Shown here: positions 12,792-25,620 of the stretch, in pieces
Layout of the letters: every line of letters begins with the position of its first letter
How positions within the stretch are numbered: the stretch's first letter is position 1
Source: the human T2T-CHM13v2.0 reference genome, Homo sapiens
Assembly (NCBI RefSeq): GCF_009914755.1
Contig: NC_060936.1
Direction: 5' to 3' (one strand)
Length of the DNA stretch: 64,000 nt
Program-made: the position numbers and the translations under genes
Notes under the pieces: model-generated
Databases searched by the model: none
Seen by the model: the letters and a program-made list of their open reading frames with translations, nothing else
Told to the model about the DNA's origin: nothing

Positions 12792-13376
12792 TCAAACTAA
12801 ACTTTCCAAGGAGCTCTCCAGGTCTGGTTTGGACTTGTCTTTTAGCTTCCCGGCCTTTGCTTTTTTCTTTTTCAGATCATCTGGGCTTTTCTCCTCTCTC
12901 TGCCTTAATTTTTTCTTTTTCTTCTTTGGGGAAGTATCTTCTTTTGTCTTACTTTGCTGACCGCTATCAGAGTTCGCCTCAAATATGTCGTTATTTAAGG
13001 ATAGTCTCTGAATATCCTTCCTGACTGCTTTGGCTTTGTTCTCTGCAATTTTCTTCCTAAATTCAAGAAGCACTTCTTTACAGTCCTCCAGGTGAGTCTC
13101 GGGCTCCCAGGTATCGTCATCCGATGTATAGCCTTTCCAGCGAACTTTGTAAAGAATTTCACCCCCCTCGATCTTTATGTCCAGGATCTTCTCCACCTCG
13201 AACACATCCTCTCCGTCCTCCTCACTGTCGCCAAAGGCCTCCGCTCCTCTCGCGGCTGCGTCATTATCCCCGCCCACTACTCCAACTCCTTCTTCGACTT
13301 CGGCCAACTCCTCAGTGCTGTCGGCAGCTGACACAGGGGCTGCGGTCACACTCGCTCCCTCCGCAGCCTGCTCCAT
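12792..13376 (-). CDS. Intact 194-aa ORF of the MPP8 retrocopy (chromodomain plus basic NLS-like tracts); translation unproven
   Basis: Parental ATG at 13374-13376, open to TGA at 12792-12794. Cage residues F59, W80 and Y83 are retained, followed by PKKKKKK and KKKKAK. Confidence 0.3.
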   Translation of the reverse strand: MEQAAEGASVTAAPVSAADSTEELAEVEEGVGVVGGDNDAAARGAEAFGDSEEDGEDVFEVEKILDIKIEGGEILYKVRWKGYTSDDDTWEPETHLEDCKEVLLEFRKKIAENKAKAVRKDIQRLSLNNDIFEANSDSGQQSKTKEDTSPKKKKKKLRQREEKSPDDLKKKKAKAGKLKDKSKPDLESSLESLV

Positions 13377-13827
13377 CCTAGCAGCTCCGCAAACCGCCGA
13401 GGAAAACCCGCTGCGACACACACCCCAGCAGCTCCTCGCGTTCCGCGCTCCGCCCTACTCCACATCAGCGGCGTAACGGAAGCCGACCAATGGCGGGCTT
13501 GGACCCGCCGCGCCAGCGTGGCCACGTCCCGCTCAGGCTCCGCCGCCTGCTCTTGGCTCCGGGTAGCCGGCCAGGGCGGACACTTAACACTCGCGTCGGC
13601 CGCGGCCGGCCCTCCGCGCAGGCAGCCCTGGAGGCGGCCCCGCGAAGCTCAGGAGCGCCCCTGCGACGGGGAGGGCGGACTGCGCAGTGCCGCGCCCGGG
13701 CAGGGACCTGGAGCCGCCGCCGCCCACCGGCCCTGCCGCCATCCCCCCACCGCCGCACGGGAAGCGGAAGTGGGTGCGGGACCGCGGCGCGCCCAGCCCG
13801 GCCAGCTCCCGCGCCCAGCCCGGCCCT
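13170..13827. promoter_or_regulatory. CpG island / promoter-like sequence carried by the retrocopy
   Basis: Very GC- and CpG-dense block in an AT-rich window. GC box at 13448-13456, CGGAAG at 13477-13482, CCAAT at 13487-13491 and tandem ETS GGAAGCGGAAGTG at 13760-13772. Confidence 0.65.
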
Positions 13828-14011
13828 TGAATTCATCTTTTTATGGCTGCATAGTATTCCATGGTGTGTAACACATATATATTTTTAATTGTATTTAATT
13901 CTTTGATTTCTGTATCTTGTAAGTTTTTATTAACCGATTTTTCTATTTGCAAAAACACAATATCCATATTTTTTCAGTGAGACATTTTACGTTTGGAAAC
14001 TATCTTTATCT

Positions 14012-14313
<302 letters not shown>

Positions 14314-14540
14314 GGATTTGGAAATTCTCTTTATCTGAAGGAGAAAAATGTCAACGAAAAATGTAATATGAAATGCATAAAAATAATTTGGACACCTTTA
14401 TTTACAGGGTATAGCTATTGAAGGTCCAACATTATTTTTACATGTTCTATTTCCCTCAAAATATGCACTTAGGGTAGTGAGTAGGGGAAAGGTAGAATAG
14501 AGGATTGTAAGCCCAAAAGTTATCATCCATCAGAACTCAC

Positions 14541-14633
14541 TAAAACTGCTGATGAGAAAGCAGGAATTCAGGAGCAGGATGCAAGTTACCACAGCAGAGA
14601 AAAGGTTCTGATGACAGCAGCATCTTCCAAAAT
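14541..14633 (-). CDS. CD163L1: CD163L1 exon 2 (signal peptide)
   Basis: 93 nt, ctccag|ATTTTGG...TTTA|gtgag; translates (D)FGRCCCHQNLFSAVVTCILLLNSCFLISSF. Confidence 0.92.
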
Positions 14634-17483
14634 CTGGAGAAACAAAATATAGCAGGGTAGAATTTCATGTCTTTCTAAGAAATGTTAGATGACCTCAATG
14701 ACTTAAATCCAAAATAAAATAGAAGGAGTAAGATGAATTATTCTTCCACCTGTCAAGGATACCGCACAAGAAAGTCCTTTTCCCAGGAAAAGCCACAGGA
14801 CTAGCTCCTGTTTGTGATGGAAAGGCACCAAGTGGTTTGTAACAGGGCAGATATTTTAGCATGTGATTCATTGAAAAATTGCATTCTGTGTCCAAATATA
14901 TTTTGTGGCTGTTTGGGGTAATTGATTAGCATTTTGGGTTACTGAGTAATTTTTACTTCTCAACTCTTTGACCCTCTCCTCATTTTTACTGTTTTTCCTC
15001 CTAACGTTATCCCCCTACTTTGTTCATTCATTTGCTCCTTTATTGAGTATGACATATGTACCCGATCTTGTGCTTCATTATGGGAATAGAGGAATGAATA
15101 AGTGTTCTTGCCTGTATTCCACTCAGTGGCTTGTGACTGGAATGTACAAGCAAATCAACATTTGGAGGTCACTATAATAACTGCTGATTGAGCTCATGAT
15201 TATTTACCAAAGCTATCCACTTTTCTTCAGGGTCACTATTCTATTATTCCTACAGAATCTTGCCACTTCCTCACTTCTCCCTGTCTTTTCAGTCATGCTC
15301 AGTTCTGCATCTAATAAAGTTTATGCTACACGTGTGGGGAAAGAATGAACTAAGATAGGCAGGAGCAATACACAAGCGAAGGAGTTGAGAATTTATTCTG
15401 AGAGTTATTTGGAGACTATAAAGAATTGAATCAGTGTAATAAATAAAATTTACATTATAGAAAGATTATTTTAAAAGCAGATGGGATGATTAATTCATAG
15501 GGGTAAATAAATGTATAAGAAATACTTTAAAATAATATTTATCATCCTGTTTACTTGAGGGGTATGTAACAGCTGTAACTGTTAGAGAACTATCTTAAAT
15601 AGTATTTTCATTAGTATCTTATGGAAAAGATGAAGTCAGAGTTAAACTGAGCATGTGTAATCCCAGACAACAAAAAACAAAAACCCTAAGAGGACAGAAG
15701 GAACAGTACCCATCGGGGAAAGGCCCATGCTGCTTGGGCTACGCAAAAGCAGAGACAGAAGGCGCAACCTGCTTTGGTGGACATCTTTAGTTTTTCAAAT
15801 GATGCTTTGAAACTAAAATGGATCCCGGGCACTTCTCTAAGAAGTAATCCCAAGTGAGTTTGGCAACAGTCAGTAATAACCATAGAGGAGACTTTATTAT
15901 TACAATTATCATCAGTCACATCCATCATTCTTGGAAAATGTACCCAAATCAAGAGAAAACCCTCCCTATAGAACGAAACAGGGAGAAATAAGTGTGGAAT
16001 GGGCAATTAGTGTCCCAATTTCCTTCTTTTCCATCTTGTCCAAAACACTTTAAGTTGGTCTTCTTTTTTCTCTTATTTCTTTTGTTCCTAATAAGAATAT
16101 TTAGTTCCATCAAACCTCATGTGTAGGATTATCCTAGGAGGCCATTTCATCTTCCTAAATCCTTCCAGGAAACTCTGAGTGCCCATTTGTAAGAATGGTT
16201 AGAGCTAAAGATGAACTATAAAGAAAAAAGAATAGTAAGCTCTGACACCAGCACAATCAAGATCTGATGAACGTGAACAAATAGTGCAGTAGGAAATTCT
16301 TGAGAAGGAGAATTAAAGTATAATTGCCAGAACTTGTGACCTTCTATATATCTAATACCATCTCACCAATTCAAGACCTTCATCTTTCCCATTCCTTTTC
16401 TAATTAGATACATGGCAGACAGCATGTTGAAAGTTAAATAATATTATCTTTTAAGTAACACACATGAATTATGAAGAACTGTAATTCATTAAGATGAGCC
16501 TTGCTAGATAGAAGGCAGCCAAGCTTCTCAAACTGTAGAAACCCTTTTTCAAAAAGGAGGCTTTGAAAAATATCAGAACTTCTGCTGGTTTTCTAGAAAT
16601 GTGCTGGTCTTTAGTCATAAGCAAAACAGTTACAAAATATTAAGTTGACTTGTAGTAATTGCACTGAGGAATGGCACAGAGACACAATGCCAACAGGAGT
16701 AGCACTGCATTTTCAAAAGCCTCAATCCTATTTAGGAGTTATAAGTCCCAAATACAGCAAAAACCTCCCTTCGTGATTCTTTATTTCCACGAAATGTCTA
16801 TGAAGTGCAAGTGCAAAGGTTACTACTAATTTCAGATGTGCTGTGAAAGACTTCTTAGCCATGTATTCCTTTCTTAGTCCTTACTCTTTAGGGTCCATCA
16901 AAGACTTGTTCTTTGTTTTTTATCATAATGTCTTCTTATTTATTTGCTTTATTAAAATTTATAGCAGAAAGATCAAGGGCTCAGACTTAGCTGGTCCTGA
17001 ATTTAAATTACACTTGAGATTCTACTACATGACCTTACATAAGTCAGTTAGTCCTTATAAGTCTTCATTTTCCATCTACCAATGGAGACAATAATATCTA
17101 TAAAATAGGTTACATGTGTGAATTAAATTGAGATGACCTAAAGCATTTACTGTAGTACCTGGCACTTGATAACAATAAGTTTCTAATTTATCCCTTCTTT
17201 CTATTTCCACAACTTCATATCCTTGTGTGACTTCTAATCTCCAGTCTTTATAATACATTTTCTGTTTACTTTATTAATGTTTTCCTCCTTTCTTGGATTT
17301 CAGTTTTGCCTCCAATATTGCTGCTACTCTAAGTTCCACAAAACTTTCAATTTTTTTATATTTCTCATGTCCTGTTTTCTTTTTACCTTACTACATAATA
17401 TTTATATCTGTTTGTTGTTACACATATTCTTAGTATACCCACCATCTCCCAAATGGCAGAGCAAAATAAAAGCAAAACCTTAC

Positions 17484-17514
17484 CAATATGCCACGAGTTT
17501 TGAGGCAGCATCAT
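17484..17514 (-). CDS. CD163L1: CD163L1 coding part of exon 1
   Basis: ATGATGCTGCCTCAAAACTCGTGGCATATTG|gtaag = MMLPQNSWHI plus one phase 1 base. Confidence 0.92.
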
Positions 17515-17559
17515 TATGGGTCTATCTCTTCCTGAGTCCTGATGTAACTCCTGGGTCCT

Positions 17560-17735
17560 CTTATATATAATCTCAGAACTGCTCATGAGGTGAAAACAGA
17601 TCTGCTATTTGGAAATGACAATACTGTAAAATTGAGTTCATAGTTCTCCAAAGGGGAAGTCATTATAAAAGCTGAGGTTGTTTTTTCTTTGCTACTTCCT
17701 TATCACGTTAGGATATGGAAAACAAAGGAAGTTAA
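17560..17735 (-). promoter_or_regulatory. CD163L1 proximal promoter: TATA box and PU.1/ETS sites
   Basis: Minus-strand TATATAAG at 17560-17567, about 50 nt upstream of the ATG. PU.1-type AAAGGGGAAGT at 17650-17660 and further GGAAGT cores near 17695 and 17730. Confidence 0.6.
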
Positions 17736-19371
17736 ATAATATGCCTGGAAAGTCTCACAGAATAAAGGGAACTGTAAATTGCCACTCTAAATTTTCAAAA
17801 AGACTCATGTTTCACATTTAAAAATTTTTGTTCCATAAATGTGATCTTGTCAGCACAGTTTTATAGATATTTATCTAAAAGATAAAATATATCATCAGGT
17901 TTGTTTACTTTAGCATACATATTTCAACCAGTTATGCTAAAAGGATCAGAAGAGGTTACATTGCTGAAAACTGGCTAGTCTACGAAAGCTTTGCTGATGA
18001 AACATGAGCACAGATAAACATATTTGAAAAAATTTCATGTCTATAAAAATGTTTAACAAAATGGAGTCCTTTAAAATTAGTTTTTTATTGTTAATGATTA
18101 TGTAAAAGAAAATAAAGCTTAGTCATCAAATGAGTTTGGAAAACATTCATTTAAATGATTTCAACCATTAGGTAGAAAACCATGAGTGGCTTCTGAGCTC
18201 ATAGTGATTGTTCTGTGTTCGGATAGGCCTGTATGTCCTGCCCTGCTTCTTTGGGAAAATTGCTTTTTCCCTTCCTTGATATGTTAAGAATGGTAGATCA
18301 CATCTTTTCACACGCCCACGTCTCCCCGATTACAGTGACAAGTTCAAGGAAAAGCCAATGACCCAAGTGAGCCCATCAGAGTGTTTGCCAGGATTTTTCG
18401 TCCTATACTTCCATGTCGAGTAGGCCTATTAGTAAAAAAGAAGCTAATATATACAGAAATTAAAATGAGATATAAAATATCTAAATACTTTAGATAAATA
18501 AGTCCTTATAAATCTCCATTGATAAATTCAAGAACTTTATTTTTTCTTGTCCCTTTTCAACTTAGATACCTGACAAGGCTTTATATAACAGAGGTTAAAT
18601 AAAATTCTGCTGCAATTAATGCCAAATGTATTTTGAAGTCCAATTAAACATCGGAGCTTGCTAGATATGAGCGAGATGTGCCTCTGAAATGATAAAGTGC
18701 CATTCTCAAAATATAGTCTCTTTCTTACTTCTCAGAACTGAGGTAGGTGCCCAAAGTCAGAAGAAATCAGGAGGAAAACAGGGAGAATTTTTTCTTGGAA
18801 AGCTTGAGATGAAATGTCTTTGGGGAAATGTAATTCACTAACTAGGATAAGTCACATGATGGAAGAATGGAAGACACAAAAAGAGGATGCTGAAACTTGT
18901 TTTAGTATATTATTTCTCAGCCATGCTGAGAAAATTTCCTGAAATTTTTAAAATACAGTATGACCGGAAACGCTTTCATGCTAACAGAATCCATAGCAAA
19001 CTAACTGCTGATAAAATGATCTCACAGAAGTGGGAACTGAAAATAGAAAACAATGAAAACCTGATTATTGCTATTCTTTGATAGAATAAATGTCTCCACA
19101 ATATCTCTGCTACTGTTTTGAGTTTCTCCCATTTCTAGACACCCAAGTTCTCTCACTCTCAAATATTTCGTAGCAGGTTCTAATCTAAATGAGTCCCTTT
19201 CTTGCCTTTATGATAAAAAAGCATAAGGGATGTGATAACTATCTCTTTGGGGAAATAGCTGGATATTCTGCTTCAAGATCTCACACAGGGCTATAATTAC
19301 ATTGTAAACTGGGGCTGTGGTCTCACCTGGAAGCTTGACTGAGGAAGGATCTGCTCCCATGGCCACTGCTA

Positions 19372-21482
19372 TTCCATGGACTGAATTGTGTCTCCTCAAA
19401 ATTTATAGATTAAAGCAATAACCCCCCAGTGTGACTATGTTTCAAGACAGGGCCTTTAAGGAGGTAATTAAGGTTACTTGAGATTATAAGGGTGAGGCCC
19501 TAATCCAATAGGATTGATGTCCTTACAAGAAGGGACACCAGAGCTTGTTCTCTCTCTTTCCACAAATGTGCAGAAGAAAGGCCACGTGAGGACACAGACA
19601 AAAAGTGGATGTCTAAAAGCCAGCAAGAGAGCCCTCACTAGAAACCAAATTTCCTGGTACCTTGATAATGAACTTCTAGCCTCCAGAAATGTGAAAAATA
19701 AATTTCTGTCATTTTTAAGTGACTCAGTCTACAGTACTTTGCTATGTTGATCCAAGCAGACAAATGCAGATGTTGGTACTGAGAAGGGAGATGCTTCTGT
19801 AACAGATAACCTAAAAATGTGGAAGTGCCTTTGGAACTGGGTAGTGAATAGAGGCTAGAAAAGTTTTCAGGTGCATGCCTGAGAAAGCCTAAATTGCCTT
19901 GAAGGGACTGTTAATAAAAACATGAATGCTAAAAGCAATTCTGATGAAGTCTTCCATGGAAGTGAGGAACATGTTATTGGAAACTGCAGAAAAGATGATT
20001 TTTGTTTTAAAGTGGCAAAGAACTTGTCTGAATTGTGTCTTAGTGTTTTGTAAAGTGTAGGACTTGTGAATTACAACTTTGGATTTTTAAAAGGGAAGAT
20101 ATATAAGCAAAGTGTTAAAAGCACAGCCTAGTTTTTCCTAATTGCTCATGGTAAAAGGCTAGAGGGGAAAGATAAATTGACAGCATTGTTAAGCAAAAAA
20201 CAAAAACAAAAGCAACCCAGAAACTGAAGATTTGGAAAAATCTCGGCCTATTTATATAGCAAAAAAATGATAAAATGTGTTCTGGAGAGAACATCAATGG
20301 TGTGGCGCCTCAATCACTCCATAGGGAAATTAACCATGACTTTTTTCATCCACCTTAGCGGGAGCCTTGAATAGAGATGGGATTATATCAGCAGAGACCC
20401 TGCCAGTTTGGACCAAAGAGAATAGAAATGGGTTGAAATAAATCATGGAAAGCTTTCTGACTTCTGAGATTCTGTAGGATGAAATAATAGAGATATTCAG
20501 CTGTGAACATGCTTTATCCTTCAAGGAAAGGGATAAATGACCTTGAAGGTGATTCAGAGGTCATCAGTGCTGTAACTCCCACTATAGGCCCAGAGGAAAG
20601 GCTGTTTTGTCCTCAGTTTCAGAGGATGGGACCATCTCCTCAGTTTCAGTAGACCAGGCTGCCTCCATCCGTGCCTGAGGAGTGGAGCAGCCACAAAAAG
20701 TTTTAACAGTCTGCTACTTACAGCTGTGGTGGTGACAATGCCACCCCAGTGGGCCTGGAGGGCAGAGGATTCAGCCAAAGATAATTATTGTTGAATCTTA
20801 AGATCTAATGGAATTTGCCACTTCTCCTTTTTGGAATGAGAATGTCTGTCTTATGCCTGTCCCACTACTGTTTTTTGGATGCACATAACTTGTCTGGCTT
20901 CACAGGTTCACAACTGGAAAGGAATTTTGCCTCAGGATGAATCATAACTTGAGTCTCACCCATACCTGATTTAAATGAGACTTTGCACTTTAGACTTTAG
21001 AATTGATGCTGGAAAGGGTTAAGACTTTATGTGTTGTTGGAATGGGATTAATATATTTATCATGTGAGAATAACATGAATTTGGGAGTGGAGGGTAGAAT
21101 GTTACGGAATGAATTTTGTCCCCCACAAAATCCACAGGTTGAAGCCCTAATGTGACTATATTTGAAGATAGGGCCTTTAGGGAAGTAATTAACATTACAT
21201 AAAGTTATAAGAGTGAAGTCCTAATCCAGGATTACTATCCTTATAAGAACAAAACAAGACACAGAGAACTCTCTTCACACATGCAAAGAGGAAAGGCCAT
21301 GTGAGGACACAGAGAGAAGGTGGCTGTTTGCAAGCCAGGAAGAGAGCCCTCACCAGAAACCAAATTTGCTGGCACCTTGAACATGGACTTCTAGCCTCCA
21401 TAACTGTGAGAGCATAAATTTCTGTAGCTGAAGCCACCCAGTCTGTGGTATTTTGTTATGACAGTCAGAGCAGACTAATACA
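19372..21482 (+). mobile_element. Complete MaLR element (MLT1A/B-class: LTR-internal-LTR), inserted in an older MLT fragment
   Basis: Two homologous LTRs at about 19372-19768 and 21100-21482. The internal part starts gatgttggtactgagaag and ends in the purine-rich tract ggagtggagggtagaa. Confidence 0.75.
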
Positions 21483-21612
21483 GTCCCTAATATGGTTGCT
21501 GGCAGAATGTTGTACTGAGGGGCTCAGTTTCTTGCCAAATTGGACTGAGGCTGCCCTGAGTTTCTTACCAGGAGGACATCACCCATAGAGCAGAAAGCGT
21601 GTAAAATCTTGC

Positions 21613-21643
<31 letters not shown>

Positions 21644-22825
21644 AATATGGAGTCACAGTCCTTTCTAACCTAATCTTGAAATTGATATCTCAGCACTTTT
21701 GCCATATTCTATTCATTAGAAGCAAGTTACTAGATCCAGCCCACACACAAGGGGAGCAGATTACACTGGGCATGAATACATGAAGGCAGCCATAATTTGG
21801 AACAATTTTGGAAGAAATCTACAAGAAGTGAACAAAAAATAGACCAGAGAAACCAAAAGCTATAGGACAATATGCAGCAGACTTATAATTGGAATGCTAG
21901 GAGAAAAATGATGACAGAATGGGGCAGAAGAAAGACTCAGAGAAATAATGATTAGGAATAATGACAGACACCAAACCACAGTACAATGTACTTAAAGAAC
22001 ACCAAGTAAGAAAAGAATAACACACACACTCACATACTCTCTACCTAGGTATAACATATTTAAACCTGCACAGGCATGAGAGAGAGAGAGAGAGATACAG
22101 AGAGAGAGAGAAAGAGACAGAGAGACAGACAGAGAGAGAGGCAGCCAAAGGAAAAAAAGCACATTACGTATATATAGAGAGAGAGAGAAAAAAAAATTAC
22201 AGACGACCTCTTGTCAAAATCGTGCATGCATGAAGACAATGAAGATGATATCTACTAAGTGCTAAAAGAAAGAAAATAACCTGTCAATCAAGAATACTCT
22301 GCATAGTGAGTATATATTTCAAAACTGAAGGAGAAATTTTAAAAACCCTTAAACAAAGCTTGAGAGACGTCATTACTAGCAGACCTATATTAGGCTTAGT
22401 GATTTACTTCCAAAGCATGGAGTATGAAAGATGGTAAATAACTTTACAGCGGAGAAATCTAGCAAATACCACTTCAAACAAATGATCAACAGTCACATCC
22501 CCAGAGATAACATGTGTATATCATGTATGCCCTGATATTGTGTGATGAGTAGGGCACTGCTGTGGTGTTCTTTCCCAAACCCCATTACTCCAATCTATTC
22601 ATGAGTAAAACATGAGGCAAACCCAAGGTGAGGGACATGCTAAAAAACACCTGACCAGTACTCTTCAAAACTGTCAAGGTCATAAGAAATAAGAAAAGAC
22701 TGAGAAACTGGCATAGACCAGAGGACACTATAAAGACAGGACAACAAAATGCAATGTGATATCCTGGATTGGATCCTGAAACAGAAAAGAGACATTAATT
22801 TTAAAAAATCTGGAGTTTATTTAAC

Positions 22826-23288
22826 AGTAATTGGGTTTGTTTTCCAGGGCTGCCATAGCACAGTACCACTAACTGGGTGGCTTAAAACAATAGCAATTTA
22901 TTTTTTTTACAGTTCTGGAAATGACAAGAATGAAATCAAGATGTCAGCAGGCCATGTCCCTACAAAGATTCTAAGGGAGGATCCTTCCTTGCCTCTTCCT
23001 AGCTTTTGCTTGTTGCTGGCAATCATAAGCATTCCTTGGTTTGAAGATTCATCACTCCAATCTCTGCCTCCACCATCATATAGCATCCTTCCTGTGTGTT
23101 TCTAAGTCCAAATTTTCCTCTTTTCGTAAGGACACATTGTTGGATTAGGGCTTACTCTAATCCAGTATAGCCTCATTTTAACTGATTACATTTGCAGAGA
23201 CCCTATTTCGGATTGAGGCCACATTCATAGATACAAGGGATTAGGACCTGAACATATCTTCTGTGGGGACACAATTCAATCCACAACA
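22826..23288 (-). mobile_element. MLT1-class solo LTR within old L1MC/ME fragments (about 21830-23460)
   Basis: ccagggctgccata...aaactgggtggcttaaaacaa-like motif through acacaattcaatccacaaca. Confidence 0.7.
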
Positions 23289-24737
23289 ATAATGTACCAA
23301 TGCTGGTTTCATAGTTTTGACAAATGTTCCATGATGATAGTAGATGATAATTATTAGATTAGGGGAAATTGAAAATGGATGAGCAGTAAATGGAAACTCT
23401 CTTTATTATCTTCACAACTTTTCTGTAAATCTAAATTATTCCAATATAAAAAGTTTATTTAAAAGAGAAGTGAGAAATGTATCTTTTAAAAGTATTCTTA
23501 TAAAATATTTGAGGAAATATGGTGAAAGAAGGAACATGAGCAAGCTACCCTACATCTTCAAATGCAAACATAATCTATCTGTATAATTTATGATGTTATT
23601 ATAAATCACAGCTATATATTTATAAATATATGTATATAAGTTTCTTAAATTATAATATAGTCTTTCTTTAGATTTATTTATTAGGAGTTTTTATAGTCCA
23701 CTATGATCCCAAAAATAATAAATTGCAGTGGTGAGTGACAAATTCCTTTTTTCTTCCCTATAGATTATGTGGTCTCCTTATAGATACTGTAGCAGAAATT
23801 CAGGAGAAGCAATAATATGGTAAGGAAAAAGTGAGGAATTCTAGGGCCAGAAATATTTTTTAAAATTTTGGCTTTAAAACTTTTCTTTCTAACTAGAAAA
23901 CCTTTAGCGAAAACTAGAACATAGATGCAAACAAGGTTTTAGACGACAAAAAATATTTACAACCACTCTAGGGCTACCTATTTGTCAGATAACCATGAGA
24001 TCATACTAGGCAAGAAGGGCAAGACCATGGAGGGTATGACTAGGTAGGAGGACATAGCATTTGCTTTTGGTCTGAGAGGACAGTGGCAGGTTACAGAAAA
24101 GAGACAGAGCTATAAGAACCCAGAAAGCCCCACGGGCCAAGAAGGAGAGCTTATATTTACAGATTGAGCTGGTGAGGTCACAGAGTCAACAGCAGCACCA
24201 AGCAGAAGACATGATACTGTGTCATCAAAGTAACGCTAACACCTGTATCTATGACTCACCCAATCCTAAATAAATGCATTTGCCCAGAGTGACGAGGCAA
24301 CTAATGTAAATGCACGAAGTGGGTTGAGATCGGAATGTGGTAAAATGGCAAGTGCACGTCCTGTTGAAAGGAAGAAGAGGTTACTCACCTCCAATTCACC
24401 GTTGTCATGTTGAAATGATGGCCCAATGTTTTCAGACCTCCTGATTTTCAAGAGAAACAGAAATCTGCATTACATTAGTAATAATCCGGTTTAAAATTGG
24501 AAGAAAAAAGATACATTTATAATGATAACAAATGCACAAACTTACTTAGGAGCCAATTAAACAAGAAATGTTAGGACTGTTATATTACAACGTACAATAG
24601 AGAGAGAGAGAGAGATTATTAATAATGAATGAATTGTATTGGGTTGACAACAGAAGGAGAGAATTCTGTAAAGGAGTCATTAAGAAAAGTAATCTAATAA
24701 TTATTAAGGTGGCAAAGATAAACATTTTTATTTCTAA

Positions 24738-25068
<331 letters not shown>

Positions 25069-25389
25069 GAACGTGATTTTTTTAACTAGGTGACTGAAGT
25101 GACCAAGTGATATAGACATTAAAAATAAGAAAAATTGAGACTAGACAGAGACAAAGGCAAACCTTGAGAGGACAATTTTGCTCATATAGATTTGTTTCTT
25201 ATCTGTATGGAGGTGGCCCTTATTCTAGGCTTGCCCTTGTTTCCTCAAAGTAAACAGGTTACCTACAAAGACTAACAGTTTCACAAATTTATGCTTAAGT
25301 GGGTATAAGACAATGGAAATTGAAATGTCTTGGCTCCATATAAACTGTATTTTGTTTTGAAAAGCAATATAACATGATGGTGAGGAATG

Positions 25390-25620
25390 TGGCCGCTTGA
25401 GCCAGAGCACCTGGGTTCAAATTTCAGCTCTGTCATTACTAGCTGCATGCTTTTAAGCAAGTCATTTAACCTCCCTGTATTTTAGCTTCCCCAAATCTAA
25501 AATGGGTAAAAAAAAGTACCTACGTCATAAAGTTATTGTGGGTATTAAGTTTTTAATTCATATAAAGCATTGAAACAGTCCCTAGCACATAGTGAGCACC
25601 GTGTAAATGTTAACTCTTAT
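25390..25620. mobile_element. MIR
   Basis: cctgggttcaaat...ttactagctg...aagtcatttaacctc...aaaatggg core. Confidence 0.7.

Larger units (their letters stand above)
11059..13827 (-). pseudogene. MPHOSPH8: Processed retrocopy of MPHOSPH8 (MPP8): 5' exons plus intron-derived 3' end
   Basis: Contiguous MPP8 N-terminal coding sequence (MEQAAEGASVTAAPVSAADSTEEL..., chromodomain FEVEKIL...VRWKGY...WEPE, through ...WSMDSAEE) without introns. Poly(A) at 11059-11075, AATAAA at 11087-11092, and TSD TGAA(C/T)TCATC(C/T)TTTT at 11048-11062 and 13828-13842. Frameshifts near 12795, 12697 and 12617. Confidence 0.95.
10442..13868 (-). mobile_element. 5'-truncated L1PA 3' fragment (L1PA4/5-like), split by the MPP8 retrocopy
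   Basis: L1 3' UTR at about 10730-11062 continues seamlessly at 13843-13868 (atggctgcatagtattccatggtgt). TSD TAACA(A/C)ATATATATTTTT at 10424-10441 and 13869-13886. Confidence 0.9.

Noticed and set aside
13092-13888. Overlapping Arg/Ala/Pro-rich ORFs on both strands of the CpG island
   Set aside because: Expected from stop-codon scarcity in GC-rich DNA, or antisense to the MPP8 frame; no domain is recognisable.
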